A DNA stretch of 64,000 bases, taken from positions 4,064,575 to 4,128,574 of the forward strand of contig OZ252023.1 in NCBI GenBank assembly GCA_965247425.1, written 5' to 3'. The notes beneath the pieces are model-generated. The model was given only the letters and a program-made list of their open reading frames with translations. It made no database searches and had not been told where the DNA came from. This stretch comes from Terriglobia bacterium. Its GTDB lineage: Bacteria > Acidobacteriota > Terriglobia > 20CM-2-55-15. How positions within the stretch are numbered: position 1 is the stretch's first letter; each line of letters starts with the position of its first letter. Of this stretch, positions 52,748-62,070 are shown in pieces. The position numbers and the translations under genes were made by a program.

Positions 52748-54877
52748 TTACTTGCCGGCGGCTGACATTTCTTTTTCTTTATCGTCGCGGCGGTTCAGCA
52801 CTTCGATCTTGATCAGGTCTAGTTTGCTGGGTTTCTTGCCCAGGACCATCTCTTCATAGATCTCGCGGGCTTTTTCCGCTTCACGTTCGGCTTTCCTAGC
52901 CTGGCGCTCCTCGTCGGATGCGGTCAGGGGGAGTTCGCCGCGGTCGCGCTGTTTGTCGGCGTCTTCGGCTCGAATGGTCAAGCTGTGTTCGATGCTCTCC
53001 AGCTTGACTTCTTTGCCGCCGGCGTAAACGTCGTGCTTGCCGTGCTCCTTGTACCAATCGGCCACCGACGCAGTCTTGTACATGTTCTCGATGATGTTCC
53101 TCCAACCGACTCCCGTGTTGTAGGCGCAGAAAGAAATCTCACCAATCTGCGTCGCGTACGGGATGATGCACATCTCGGTTCGTCGGAAGTCATAATTGAA
53201 CAGATCCTGGAACCACATACCCGCGACGAAGAGGAAGTTCCACGGATCCTCGCGACGATGCTGGGTGTCCTCCCAGCTTCTGTCGCCGGTCACCTTTCCG
53301 TAATCCTTACCTGACAGGCCGAAGGACTTGTCGAATTTTTTGAACAGATCCTTGAGTGTCATGGTTCCCGGAGCGCGGGACGGATTGTAGTGCCGCAACA
53401 GGGCGAGTCCCATCATGGCATTCGACGCCCATTTGCTTCGGCCCGCATCGGTAACCTTCTGCATATCGGCAACCAGGCCGGGAATGTTCAAAAACTCCGG
53501 CACGGGCGCCATATCGCCGGTTTCCTTGTTGATCATCAACGCCGTTCCGACTCCACAGTTGGGATGACATCCGCAACTGACCTGGCCCCAGTCGCGGCCG
53601 GGTCCGTGTGCCAGATCCGCGAAATCAGCGAAGGCCCCCATCAAAGAAAGCGGGAACCAGTCTCTGGTGGGCTCGGTGATGCCAACCTGCTGCTTCACGT
53701 CATGGGCCAGATGCGACAGCGTGTAGCGTTGGCGCAACCGGCGTTCCGGTGTGATCGCCTCATCACGGCCCGTAAAAGAAACAGGCTGGAACGCGATGAA
53801 GGAGATCTTCTTCGGGTTGTCCATCGCGAACCGCAGGATCGAACCCACCTGATCGTTGTTGACGCCGTTGACGAGGGTGACAACGAGGATAATATCGACG
53901 CCTGCCGCATGCAGGTTGTTGATCGCTCGAAGCTTCACATCGAAGAGGTTGCCCACCTGTCGGTGGCTGTTGGCATCGTTGCCGATGCCGTCGAACTGGA
54001 GATAGGCGAAACGAAGCCCAGCCTTGTAAGCCTTCTTGCAGAACTCTTCACTCTTTGCGAACTCGATCCCGTTCGTCGCCGCCTGAGTACTGGAGAACCC
54101 TAGCTTGCGGGCGTAACTGACGGCATCCAGGAAGAAGGGCGACATCGTCGGTTCCCCGCCGGAAAACTGGATCGACATCTGGCGCTTCGGTTTGATCGTC
54201 ATGGCGTTGTCCATGATTTCCTGGATATCGGGCCAGGTCAGCTCGTGGACATATCCCACCTGGTTGGCGTCCATGAAGCAGGGATCGCACATCATGTTGC
54301 AGCGGTTGGTCAGGTCGACCGTCAACACGCTGCCACGGCCGTGTTTGATCGTGCTGCTGCCGTGGTTGTGCAGGTCTTTGTCGTTATGGGCCGGCATGTC
54401 GCGTCCCGGGAAGTTCTTCTCGATCCACTCCAGGAAACGGACATCGATCGCCATGAGGTCCTCGATCTTGCCGTGCTCCGGACATTCTTTGACCATCCAC
54501 ACCTGACCATCCCGCTCAATGACCTCGGCTTTGATTTCGCCGACCGTTTCATGGAGCAAGGTCGTCCAATCCTGCTCGCCACTGATGATGGCCTCGCGCG
54601 TTTCGCTCACGCACTTTGGACACAGGGAGTCGGTTTGGCGAGGCCAGCCCAGCGTTGGCTTGGTCTTCTCCCAGGACTTCTGTAACGGCTTCTCAGCCCA
54701 TTTGGGCGTAAAACCGGGCGTGGGCTTGTACTTGTTGAGATACTGAATGGTGTCGAATGCGACACCGGCGGTGTAGCACACAACAGAGTCTACAGCCTTC
54801 AGCGCACGATTACCCATCGTTAACTTTCGGGTCGGGTTCGGGGCGTTCGAAACCATCAACTCATTCAACGTAGCCAA
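52748..54877 (-). CDS. large radical SAM enzyme with N-terminal rubredoxin-like Cys knuckles; candidate Tes/Mss-type membrane-spanning lipid synthase homolog
   Basis: 709 aa. CPKC…(35 aa)…CPEHG. Radical SAM CNMMCDPC within VDLTNRCNMMCDPCF. Further Cys clusters CGCHPNCG and C…FCAYNTG. The family assignment is inference only. Confidence 0.45.
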   Translation of the reverse strand: MATLNELMVSNAPNPTRKLTMGNRALKAVDSVVCYTAGVAFDTIQYLNKYKPTPGFTPKWAEKPLQKSWEKTKPTLGWPRQTDSLCPKCVSETREAIISGEQDWTTLLHETVGEIKAEVIERDGQVWMVKECPEHGKIEDLMAIDVRFLEWIEKNFPGRDMPAHNDKDLHNHGSSTIKHGRGSVLTVDLTNRCNMMCDPCFMDANQVGYVHELTWPDIQEIMDNAMTIKPKRQMSIQFSGGEPTMSPFFLDAVSYARKLGFSSTQAATNGIEFAKSEEFCKKAYKAGLRFAYLQFDGIGNDANSHRQVGNLFDVKLRAINNLHAAGVDIILVVTLVNGVNNDQVGSILRFAMDNPKKISFIAFQPVSFTGRDEAITPERRLRQRYTLSHLAHDVKQQVGITEPTRDWFPLSLMGAFADFADLAHGPGRDWGQVSCGCHPNCGVGTALMINKETGDMAPVPEFLNIPGLVADMQKVTDAGRSKWASNAMMGLALLRHYNPSRAPGTMTLKDLFKKFDKSFGLSGKDYGKVTGDRSWEDTQHRREDPWNFLFVAGMWFQDLFNYDFRRTEMCIIPYATQIGEISFCAYNTGVGWRNIIENMYKTASVADWYKEHGKHDVYAGGKEVKLESIEHSLTIRAEDADKQRDRGELPLTASDEERQARKAEREAEKAREIYEEMVLGKKPSKLDLIKIEVLNRRDDKEKEMSAAGK

Positions 54878-55175
54878 AGTGCCTCCTTAAAGATCTTGCG
54901 CCTGTCACGTTGCCTGTACAACGCGGAAGGGCTTCTCCTCTTTGCAGCGTTAGATCCCGCCGAACTCCCAAACAGCACTGGGGGAAGCGCTTGGGCATCC
55001 GCCCGTCGGGCCTTGCGGATGACTGCGGAGCAAACGTATAAATTCAATAACAATCCTGACAAACCCTCTGGCAGGTACAGTTAGCCAGAGTGTCATATGA
55101 GCGCCGGTAGAATAGCGCAAATTTTTCCATTTCTCCAACAGAAAATATTCTGGAAGTCCGTTTCTTCCGAATCGT

Positions 55176-55559
55176 TTAGACCATTTTCGGGGTCGCCGAG
55201 CGGACAATTTCCACAGACACGAAATTAACCCGGCTCGCAAGAACGGGCGTCAGTTTCCGAACAACGACCCTCACGGTGTCTGTCTCGAAGTCCGATAAGA
55301 CGCGACCGGCGATCTGTTCCGCAAGCGTTTCGATCAAATGGAAGTCGCGGCCGGACGCGACTTCGACAACCGCCCTCGCGACACCGGAATAGTCCATCGC
55401 GTCCTTCAACGAATCGCTCTGGGCTGCCATTCGGATGTCGGTGGTCATTTCTACGTCCACCGACAGGCGTTGCTTCATCGTCCGCTCTTCCGGAGTCACG
55501 CCGATAGCCGCAACACAGTCGATCCCGGACACGAAAATTTTGTCGGGAGGCAGAGTCAC
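55176..55559 (-). CDS. folB: dihydroneopterin aldolase
   Basis: 127 aa. FolB-like (IFVSGIDCVAAIGVTPEER…DYSGVA). Confidence 0.75.
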   Translation of the reverse strand: MTLPPDKIFVSGIDCVAAIGVTPEERTMKQRLSVDVEMTTDIRMAAQSDSLKDAMDYSGVARAVVEVASGRDFHLIETLAEQIAGRVLSDFETDTVRVVVRKLTPVLASRVNFVSVEIVRSATPKMV

Positions 55560-55954
55560 AGGTCGTGTTCCCCCAGCCGTTCGCGGCCGGAAAAACCGGA
55601 CTCCATGTCGTGCCAGTATTCAATGGAGTCCTCTCCCAATTGCCAACAGAGGTAGACGACCCGATCCCGCTTTAGATAGGGAAAATCGCACAGCCCTTTG
55701 TCGAGATCCTTTACCACCACGCCCATCTCCCGCACCTCGCGCATGACAAGCATCAGGTGAGAAACCGATTCGACGTACTCGACACCATGGGGACTGAATG
55801 CATCCATCAGCGCCTTCTCGCGCGTCTTCTGGATCTTCGGATTCAGGAACTTGATTCGCCCCCACTCTTCCTGCAGGTCCCGAACCAGCGGCCTTAAACT
55901 TTTGAGGAGGCCGTTGGCTTCGTCGCGCGTGAAGATGCGTTCTTTCTGTTCCAA
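55556..55954 (-). CDS. DUF2203-family protein
   Basis: Conserved C-terminal VVYLCWQLGEDSIEYWHD…GFSGR. Start set at a TTG after the trxB stop. The ORF-track N-terminus overlaps trxB and is unlikely to be real. Confidence 0.5.
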   Translation of the reverse strand: MEQKERIFTRDEANGLLKSLRPLVRDLQEEWGRIKFLNPKIQKTREKALMDAFSPHGVEYVESVSHLMLVMREVREMGVVVKDLDKGLCDFPYLKRDRVVYLCWQLGEDSIEYWHDMESGFSGRERLGEHDL

Positions 55955-55961
55955 ACTACAC

Positions 55962-56873
55962 TCAGCCTTCGATAAATTTTTCGGCCTCAAGCGCGGCCAT
56001 ACAGCCGGATCCAGCCGCTGTGATCGCCTGCTTGAAGATCGGATCCTGGACATCGCCGCACGCGTAGACGCCGCGTATGTTGGTCGCCGTGGAATCGGGC
56101 TGCGTCTTCACATAGCCTTTCTCGTCGAGATCGATCTGACCCGCAAAAATTCCGGTGTTCGGGTTGTGGCCGATGGCGATAAACACACCATCCAGATCCA
56201 GTTCCGAAGTGGTCTTCTCCTTGACGTCCACCAGCCTGATTCCCGAAACAGCCTCGTCACCCAGAACATCATCGAGAACGGAGTTGTAGTGAACGTTGAT
56301 CTTCGGGTTCGCCAACATCCGGTCCTGCATGATCTGTGACGCCCGGAACGCATCGCGCCGATGAATCAACGCGACGTTTGATGCGAATTTGGTCAGGAAG
56401 GTGGCTTCCTCCATGGCCGAGTCTCCCCCGCCCACAACCGCGATCTTCTTCTCGCGGAAGAAGAACCCATCGCATGTGGCGCAGGTGGACACGCCGTGCC
56501 CCATCAGGCGCCGCTCGTTTTCGAGACCGAGCAGATTGGCGGACGATCCGGTGGAAATAATGACCGTCTTCGCCTGGAATTCCTCTTCTTCGATGAAGAC
56601 ACGGAACGGCTGTTCCCCCAGTTCCACACGGTCGACATAGCCGGTCCGGAACTCGGCACCGAAGCGTTCGGCCTGCTTCTTCATGTCCTCCATCAACTGC
56701 GGCCCCATCACACCGTCGACAAAGCCTGGAAAGTTCTCCACCATGGTCGTCAAGGTCAACTGGCCGCCCGGTTCCGGTCCCTCGATCAACAAAGGCTTGA
56801 GGTTCGCCCGGGCGGCGTAAATGGCCGCGGTCAAACCCGCCGGTCCGGACCCCACAATGACAACGTTTCGCAT
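55962..56873 (-). CDS. trxB: thioredoxin-disulfide reductase
   Basis: FAD motif VIVGSGPAGLTAAIYAARA. Redox-active CATCDGFF. NADPH motif. Confidence 0.9.
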   Translation of the reverse strand: MRNVVIVGSGPAGLTAAIYAARANLKPLLIEGPEPGGQLTLTTMVENFPGFVDGVMGPQLMEDMKKQAERFGAEFRTGYVDRVELGEQPFRVFIEEEEFQAKTVIISTGSSANLLGLENERRLMGHGVSTCATCDGFFFREKKIAVVGGGDSAMEEATFLTKFASNVALIHRRDAFRASQIMQDRMLANPKINVHYNSVLDDVLGDEAVSGIRLVDVKEKTTSELDLDGVFIAIGHNPNTGIFAGQIDLDEKGYVKTQPDSTATNIRGVYACGDVQDPIFKQAITAAGSGCMAALEAEKFIEG

Positions 56874-57034
56874 TCGTTCACCTCATCGAGTATTGACGAA
56901 TCCTATAAGTTAACATATTCGGATCAGTGGCAAGCGGAAGGCAGATTACCGAATCCCTGGCGCACAGAGGAGCGAGGAACCCCATGCCCGCTGTGCTACC
57001 CTTGGTGAACTTTTCGGCAGCGTTGGAGACTTAG

Positions 57035-58138
57035 ATGAAGCTTCGCAATTTCGAGATGGAACGTTGGCAGTCTACCTGGGAAAATTCCGTCGAGTACAAC
57101 CTCACTGAAAGCGGTGTCCACCCGATCACGCCCGCCGATCTGGGCATGTCGGCTGACGAGCTGCTGACCCAGCGGTTGGGATACGGGCATAGCAACGGCA
57201 GCGTCCGTCTCAGGGAATTGGCGTCGGAGCTCTACGAAGGAGCGACCATCGATAACTTCGTGGCCACGATCGGCGGCTGCGAGGCCAATTTCCACTGCAT
57301 GTCGAGCCTGATAGAGCCAGGAGACGAAGCGGTCTTCGTGCTTCCCAACTACATGCAGACCTATGGCGCCGCCGAAGCGTTCGGCGCCACCATCGTCCCG
57401 GTGTGGACAAATCCGGAAAACGACTGGATGCCGGATCCGGATGAGATCGCGTCCAAACTGACCCCTAAGACGAAGGTGATCTCGATTTCGAATCCGAACA
57501 ACCCGACGGGCGCCGCGTACGGTACGGACACGCTCAAGGCCATCGCAGCCGCGGCCGACAAAGTCGGCTGTTGGATTCATTCGGACGAAGTCTACCGGGG
57601 GGCGGAACGGGAAGGAGACAGGACACCGTCCATGTGGGGGGTCTATCCGAAAACCCTCGTCGTTCACAGCATGTCGAAATCATACGGAATGCCCGGCACG
57701 CGCCTTGGATGGGTCCTGGGTCCCGAAGACCAGATCGCCAGGGTATGGGCAAACAAGGATTACACCTCGATCGCGCCGAGTATCCTGTCGGACAAGATCG
57801 CCTGCCGCGGCCTGGAGCTTCGCGACAAGCTTCGAGTCCGTACTCAGGAATTCATCGGTCGCAACCTCCCATTCGTTCAGGAATGGCTGGCGCTGAGACC
57901 CGGCATGTTCGAACTGGTACCCCCAAAGGCAGCCGCGATCGCCATGATCCGCTACAAGCATCCGATCGAATCGAATAAACTGGCCGAGCGTCTCAAGGAC
58001 GAACAGTCCACGCTGATCGTCCCCGGTCAGCAGTTCATGCTGGACGGCTATATCCGGCTCGGCTTCGGCCCTCCACAGGACTACCTGGAAAAGGGCCTGG
58101 AACGGGTGCTGAAAGTCCTGGACTCCACGGTGGATTAG
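57035..58138 (+). CDS. pyridoxal-phosphate-dependent aminotransferase (class I/II)
   Basis: SNPNNPTGAAY. PLP-lysine motif SMSKSYGMPGTRLGW. Confidence 0.8.
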   Translation: MKLRNFEMERWQSTWENSVEYNLTESGVHPITPADLGMSADELLTQRLGYGHSNGSVRLRELASELYEGATIDNFVATIGGCEANFHCMSSLIEPGDEAVFVLPNYMQTYGAAEAFGATIVPVWTNPENDWMPDPDEIASKLTPKTKVISISNPNNPTGAAYGTDTLKAIAAAADKVGCWIHSDEVYRGAEREGDRTPSMWGVYPKTLVVHSMSKSYGMPGTRLGWVLGPEDQIARVWANKDYTSIAPSILSDKIACRGLELRDKLRVRTQEFIGRNLPFVQEWLALRPGMFELVPPKAAAIAMIRYKHPIESNKLAERLKDEQSTLIVPGQQFMLDGYIRLGFGPPQDYLEKGLERVLKVLDSTVD

Positions 58139-58218
58139 AGTCCGCGAACAATAGTGGGATCGGGTATGCGAAAGCGCGACTTGGACCATACCCGCCGCAT
58201 CCGTTACAATGACGGTCC

Positions 58219-58292
<74 letters not shown>

Positions 58293-58392
58293 CTATTTTT
58301 CAACAAGTTAACGGAGAGGGTAGCACCCCGTTTAGGTGTGATTGTGCATGGTTGAGCACAGTGGACAATCACATTTTTAATCACAGTCCGCG

Positions 58393-58614
58393 TCATAGCC
58401 TCGTCGCCCGCGCCTTGTTCTGCTCGATGAATTCGTCCAGGTCCCGCCGATCGATCAAGGCTTTCCGAACCATCTTTCCGTTCCTGGACGGATAGTGGAC
58501 TCTCGGGACCGCACCGACGTTCACGAAGTACTGCATCATCCGGTAGGAGACGCCGCAGTAAGCAGCCGCGTCCCGCAGCGACAAGATTCGAAGTTCACGC
58601 TTGTCGACCGTCAC
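58393..58614 (-). CDS. AlpA/excisionase-family HTH DNA-binding protein (prophage regulatory)
   Basis: LRILSLRDAAAYCGVSYRMMQYFVNVGAVP = MerR-like excisionase HTH. First gene after the tRNA. Confidence 0.65.
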   Translation of the reverse strand: MTVDKRELRILSLRDAAAYCGVSYRMMQYFVNVGAVPRVHYPSRNGKMVRKALIDRRDLDEFIEQNKARATRL

Positions 58615-58851
58615 TCACTCCTCTCCCTTCCCCATCAACCGAAACCCCTCCCGGAGCCATTCGGAAAGCCGGTCCCGTCCGGCGCGAGGTGGCTTGAAAC
58701 TTCGCAGTTGCTCGAACTCGTCCCGGAGCCGCCGCCCGTATTCGGCGCGGCACTCCTCACAAAATCGAGGATCGCTCGCGACATACCGGGTCACCTGTTG
58801 CTCGCAGCCACGGGTCGGGCACGGATTCATCTGTGGAAACTCCCGCGTCAT
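58615..58851 (-). CDS. small zinc-ribbon protein (phage-associated hypothetical)
   Basis: MTREFPQMNPCPTRGCEQQV…FCEECRAEY: two CxxC pairs. Start chosen at the internal Met. Confidence 0.4.
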   Translation of the reverse strand: MTREFPQMNPCPTRGCEQQVTRYVASDPRFCEECRAEYGRRLRDEFEQLRSFKPPRAGRDRLSEWLREGFRLMGKGEE

Positions 58852-58870
58852 CGGATTCGCATCGGTACCT

Positions 58871-59389
58871 TCAGAACGGAATGTCGTTGTCGGTGATCGG
58901 GCCAGCAGGAGCTGCAGGCGCCCCAGCCGTCGACGCGGCTGCCGCGCGCAACAGGGACCCGAACCGGTTCTGCAACTGACCGACCTTTTCCCTGTCAGCT
59001 CCCGGCTGTTGCGGCGCATGGTTTTCCGGGTTCATCCAGGCCGCCTTGAAACGGGTCTGCCCGTTGTACTGGTCGGCCTTGACCGTGATCTGAACAACTC
59101 GGTCGGGTGACGTTGCCAGAATGCTGTGCAGGTCGCCGTTCCAGCCTAGCGATTCGGTCAGCTGCTCGACGGCGTCCGTATTGATCTGGCCGCCCTTCTT
59201 GACGACCCACCAGCTCCCGAAGCATCGGTGCTCCTCATATTCGGACCAATCGCTCCAGCCGCCGGCGCCGTCCCATTGAGCCAGGACGTGGAACTCGCAG
59301 GAGACGGCGACCGCTCCGCTCTTGGCGGCCAACACCTTCCAGCCCAACAGTCGTGCCTTGAAAATGCCTTCGCGGTCCAGCAGCCTCAT
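58871..59389 (-). CDS. hypothetical prophage protein
   Basis: About 172 aa, coding-like, within the early-operon gene string. No motif recognised. Confidence 0.4.
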   Translation of the reverse strand: MRLLDREGIFKARLLGWKVLAAKSGAVAVSCEFHVLAQWDGAGGWSDWSEYEEHRCFGSWWVVKKGGQINTDAVEQLTESLGWNGDLHSILATSPDRVVQITVKADQYNGQTRFKAAWMNPENHAPQQPGADREKVGQLQNRFGSLLRAAAASTAGAPAAPAGPITDNDIPF

Positions 59390-60120
59390 GACGCACCCCC
59401 GAAGATCCGCCGCCACACCGTATCGTCGCTCCCGTCCTGAAACTGGACCGGATCGGCGATCCGCCGGGACTTGGCGATATGGCTGGGCTGCTCGATGGGC
59501 CAGATGGTGCGTGTCCCCGCCCCCTTGCCCTTGCCGTCTTCCGACACCACGTCATAGCCGAGGAACAGTACGTGGTCCGCCCATTGCACAACACGGTTGC
59601 GGATCGACGCCTTGCCGGATTTGGGCCGCTGCAAATGCGGTTCGTAGCGAATCCAGTCGTCTCCCGTCGGGTTCGGTACGCTGTCGATGCAGTCATGCGC
59701 GATCAGGATGACGTTGCGGCCCGCTCGCGCTTGCCGGTCCAGGTCCGACAACAGCAGCAGGAACGTGTCGTAGACGTGCTGGTAGCCCTTGCCGAAGCCG
59801 TAGCCTTCGACGCTGCCCACCGTCATTCCCTTCTCGTGCTTGACGGTTTCGAGCGTGTGGGCGACGGCCAGTTCTTCGGCCTTGGTCGCCGAGTCGATCA
59901 CCACCGTGCGGCGGCCTTCGAGCGCGTTCCCCTGAAGGCATGCCCGCAAGGCGGCGAAGGAGTCAACAGTCTCGATCCGGTCCACATCCAGGTCCCGCGT
60001 ACCGGACTCGATATCGAGGATGATGGCTCCGGGCGCCAGTGAGGCGAGCGTGGACTTGCCGATCCCTCCAGGACCGTAGAGCAAGATTTTCTGCGGTGCG
60101 TCGATCTTTCCCGACGTCAT
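59386..60120 (-). CDS. AAA_24-type phage ATPase (RecA-like/Sak4-like)
   Basis: Walker A ILLYGPGGIGKST close to the N-terminus (start set at MTSGK; alternative MTTPATK at 60213). Walker B-like VVIDSAT. Confidence 0.65.
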   Translation of the reverse strand: MTSGKIDAPQKILLYGPGGIGKSTLASLAPGAIILDIESGTRDLDVDRIETVDSFAALRACLQGNALEGRRTVVIDSATKAEELAVAHTLETVKHEKGMTVGSVEGYGFGKGYQHVYDTFLLLLSDLDRQARAGRNVILIAHDCIDSVPNPTGDDWIRYEPHLQRPKSGKASIRNRVVQWADHVLFLGYDVVSEDGKGKGAGTRTIWPIEQPSHIAKSRRIADPVQFQDGSDDTVWRRIFGGAS

Positions 60121-61225
60121 CGGGAATTCCCGAACGGTCTGTTGTTGCTGTGGGGCCGCGCCTCGAGGTGGACCTGGCGCCGGGGGCGGCAGCTTGGTAG
60201 CGGGTGTCGTCATCTGTGGTTTCTCCTTGTTCCTGTTGCCCACTGGCCTGGGCGTGGCTTGCCGGACTCGCCTCCGGCGTGGCAAGTTCCGGATGGACCG
60301 AATCCAACCGGGCAAATCCGTTCGGAGTCACCTGCTCCAGGTCCCGCTGCCGGCAGATCGACAGGTACGCGCATGGCCAGGGCGAAAAGCACGCTCCCGG
60401 ATTCCGGTACCAGTGCCCCGCTCTCTGGGCCGTGCGCATGGCCTTTTGCTGTTGCCACAACTCGGCGGCGCAGTCTTCGAGATCCTGGTCCAGCCGCGCG
60501 ATCTCGATACGGGCGAAGTAGTGATCCGGACGCGTGCGCATCTCTTCGGCCACCCGAGCCGCGAACGCTTCGGGGAATTCGTCCTCGGCGCGTTGGCTGG
60601 CGTACGGTTCGCCGTTGCCCTTGTACTTGCGCTTCTCTTCTGGCGTCGCCATCAACGGGCGCTGCGCCGGCCGCCGGGTCACGTCATAGAGAACCGTATC
60701 GATCGGGTAGCCCAACTCGCGGGCGGCCAATACGTAGATCGATATCTGCTGATCCATGTGCAGCCGCAGCCAGTAGTCGGCTCCGGGGCTGAAATCCAGA
60801 GAGGTCGTCTTGCACTCCATCAGCGCGGTCCGTCCGTCAGCAAGCCGGACGATCCGGTCGATGACCCCGGCAAGGCGCCATACCCTGCTGGCGGTTCCCG
60901 TGGCCGGGTTACGCAGCGGCAGATCGAAAGCCAATTCCGAGGCGACGGTTTCAAGCGGCCCGGACCCCAAGTAGCGTTCGGCGTACCCTTGGACCATCGC
61001 CGCTACCAACGCCAGGTCATAGGGATCCTCGAGCGCCTGCTCCATCGCCGCTTCAACATCTCCGCCCTTGGCCAGCGTATCCAGGGCCAGGTGGAAGGCC
61101 GACCCGACGCGCATGACAAAGCTGTCCCGTTCCGGACTCAGTCCCAGCTCGTAGCGCATCCAATGTTGGCGCGGGCAGGCTCGGAACGAGGACAGCCGGG
61201 AGTGCGTTAGCGTGTTCGTGTTCAT
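59963..61225 (-). CDS. Cas4-like PD-(D/E)XK nuclease with a 4-Cys Fe-S cluster motif (phage exonuclease)
   Basis: N-terminal SRLSSFRACPRQ. D…ECK catalytic triad region (VIDRIV…LMECKTT). C-terminal C-x8-C-x5-C (NPGACFSPWPCAYLSIC). The low-complexity 3' tail overlaps the AAA_24 ORF, so the true stop is uncertain. Confidence 0.6.
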   Translation of the reverse strand: MNTNTLTHSRLSSFRACPRQHWMRYELGLSPERDSFVMRVGSAFHLALDTLAKGGDVEAAMEQALEDPYDLALVAAMVQGYAERYLGSGPLETVASELAFDLPLRNPATGTASRVWRLAGVIDRIVRLADGRTALMECKTTSLDFSPGADYWLRLHMDQQISIYVLAARELGYPIDTVLYDVTRRPAQRPLMATPEEKRKYKGNGEPYASQRAEDEFPEAFAARVAEEMRTRPDHYFARIEIARLDQDLEDCAAELWQQQKAMRTAQRAGHWYRNPGACFSPWPCAYLSICRQRDLEQVTPNGFARLDSVHPELATPEASPASHAQASGQQEQGETTDDDTRYQAAAPGARSTSRRGPTATTDRSGIPDDVGKDRRTAENLALRSWRDRQVHARLTGARSHHPRYRVRYAGPGCGPDRDC

Positions 61226-61789
61226 AATCAATTCATCGACGGCCAGACATGCTGCTGCTCGGACAGGCGCGGCAGCCACGCAATCTCGCGCTGGAGTTCC
61301 TCACCCAACGTGATGCACTTTTCCAGTTGTGCCGTCATTTCCGGGCCCCGGTTTGCCGGATCGTGATACGCCCGGTCCAGAGAGCGCACGATCCCCGGCC
61401 AGCACGTCGGCCATGAGCAGGTAGTTTTCCTTCACGACGCCTGTTGCCCTCTTTGACCTGAAGTGGCCATACACTGTTTGATCCTTTAAGACCACGCTAC
61501 TGGCGGTCGGGTCGCCGATCTGCTCTCACAGAGCTTGCAGGCCAACGAGGACATCACGGCAACCCGGTGGTTCCGCCACTCGAAAACTCCGGCCTGCCAA
61601 GGAAACCCTGACAATGAACGCATCACCGGACATAAAGGTTGAAGACTTTGAGATCAAACACACGCTCGACATGGTCGAAGTCAATTGCACAATGCGACAC
61701 GTTGACGGTTCTGCAAGCACCATCATGACGGTCTCGTCTCGATTTCCCGCGCCTAGGGGCCTTCCAGTCCTCGGAACACCAGAACCCCA

Positions 61790-62011
61790 TCACGTCCCCT
61801 CCGCCAGCGCCTTCTCGTAAGCTTTCCGAGCCGCTTTCTTGGCCCGCCCCAGCTTATCCAGGGCCGCGTTGACGCGATTCTCGAAGTCGGGGGGCGGCTC
61901 GATGATTCCGTTTAGGTAGCGGCTGAACTGCGACGGGTGGATGCCCGCCGCCCGCGCAACGGCCTCCCGCGTCAGCCCCGACAGCGCAACCCGGTCTCTG
62001 ACTCGCTGCAT
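61790..62011 (-). CDS. Cro-like XRE-family HTH regulator
   Basis: LSGLTREAVARAAGIHPSQFSRYLNG = HTH_3. Divergent from the cI-like gene. Start placed downstream of the operator palindromes. Confidence 0.6.
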   Translation of the reverse strand: MQRVRDRVALSGLTREAVARAAGIHPSQFSRYLNGIIEPPPDFENRVNAALDKLGRAKKAARKAYEKALAEGT

Positions 62012-62013
62012 TT

Positions 62014-62031
62014 CATGACCCATAGGCCATG
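62014..62031. promoter_or_regulatory. operator-like palindrome O1 (CATGACCCATAGGCCATG) in the cI/cro intergenic region
   Basis: Near-palindromic 18-mer, 1 mismatch from O2. Located between the divergent repressor genes. Confidence 0.5.
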
Positions 62032-62037
62032 TACTGT

Positions 62038-62055
62038 ACATGACCTATAAGTCAT
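62038..62055. promoter_or_regulatory. operator-like palindrome O2 (CATGACCTATAAGTCATG, perfect)
   Basis: Perfect palindrome CATGAC-N6-GTCATG, 6 bp after O1. Confidence 0.55.
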
Positions 62056-62070
62056 GTCGCAACAAGATTA

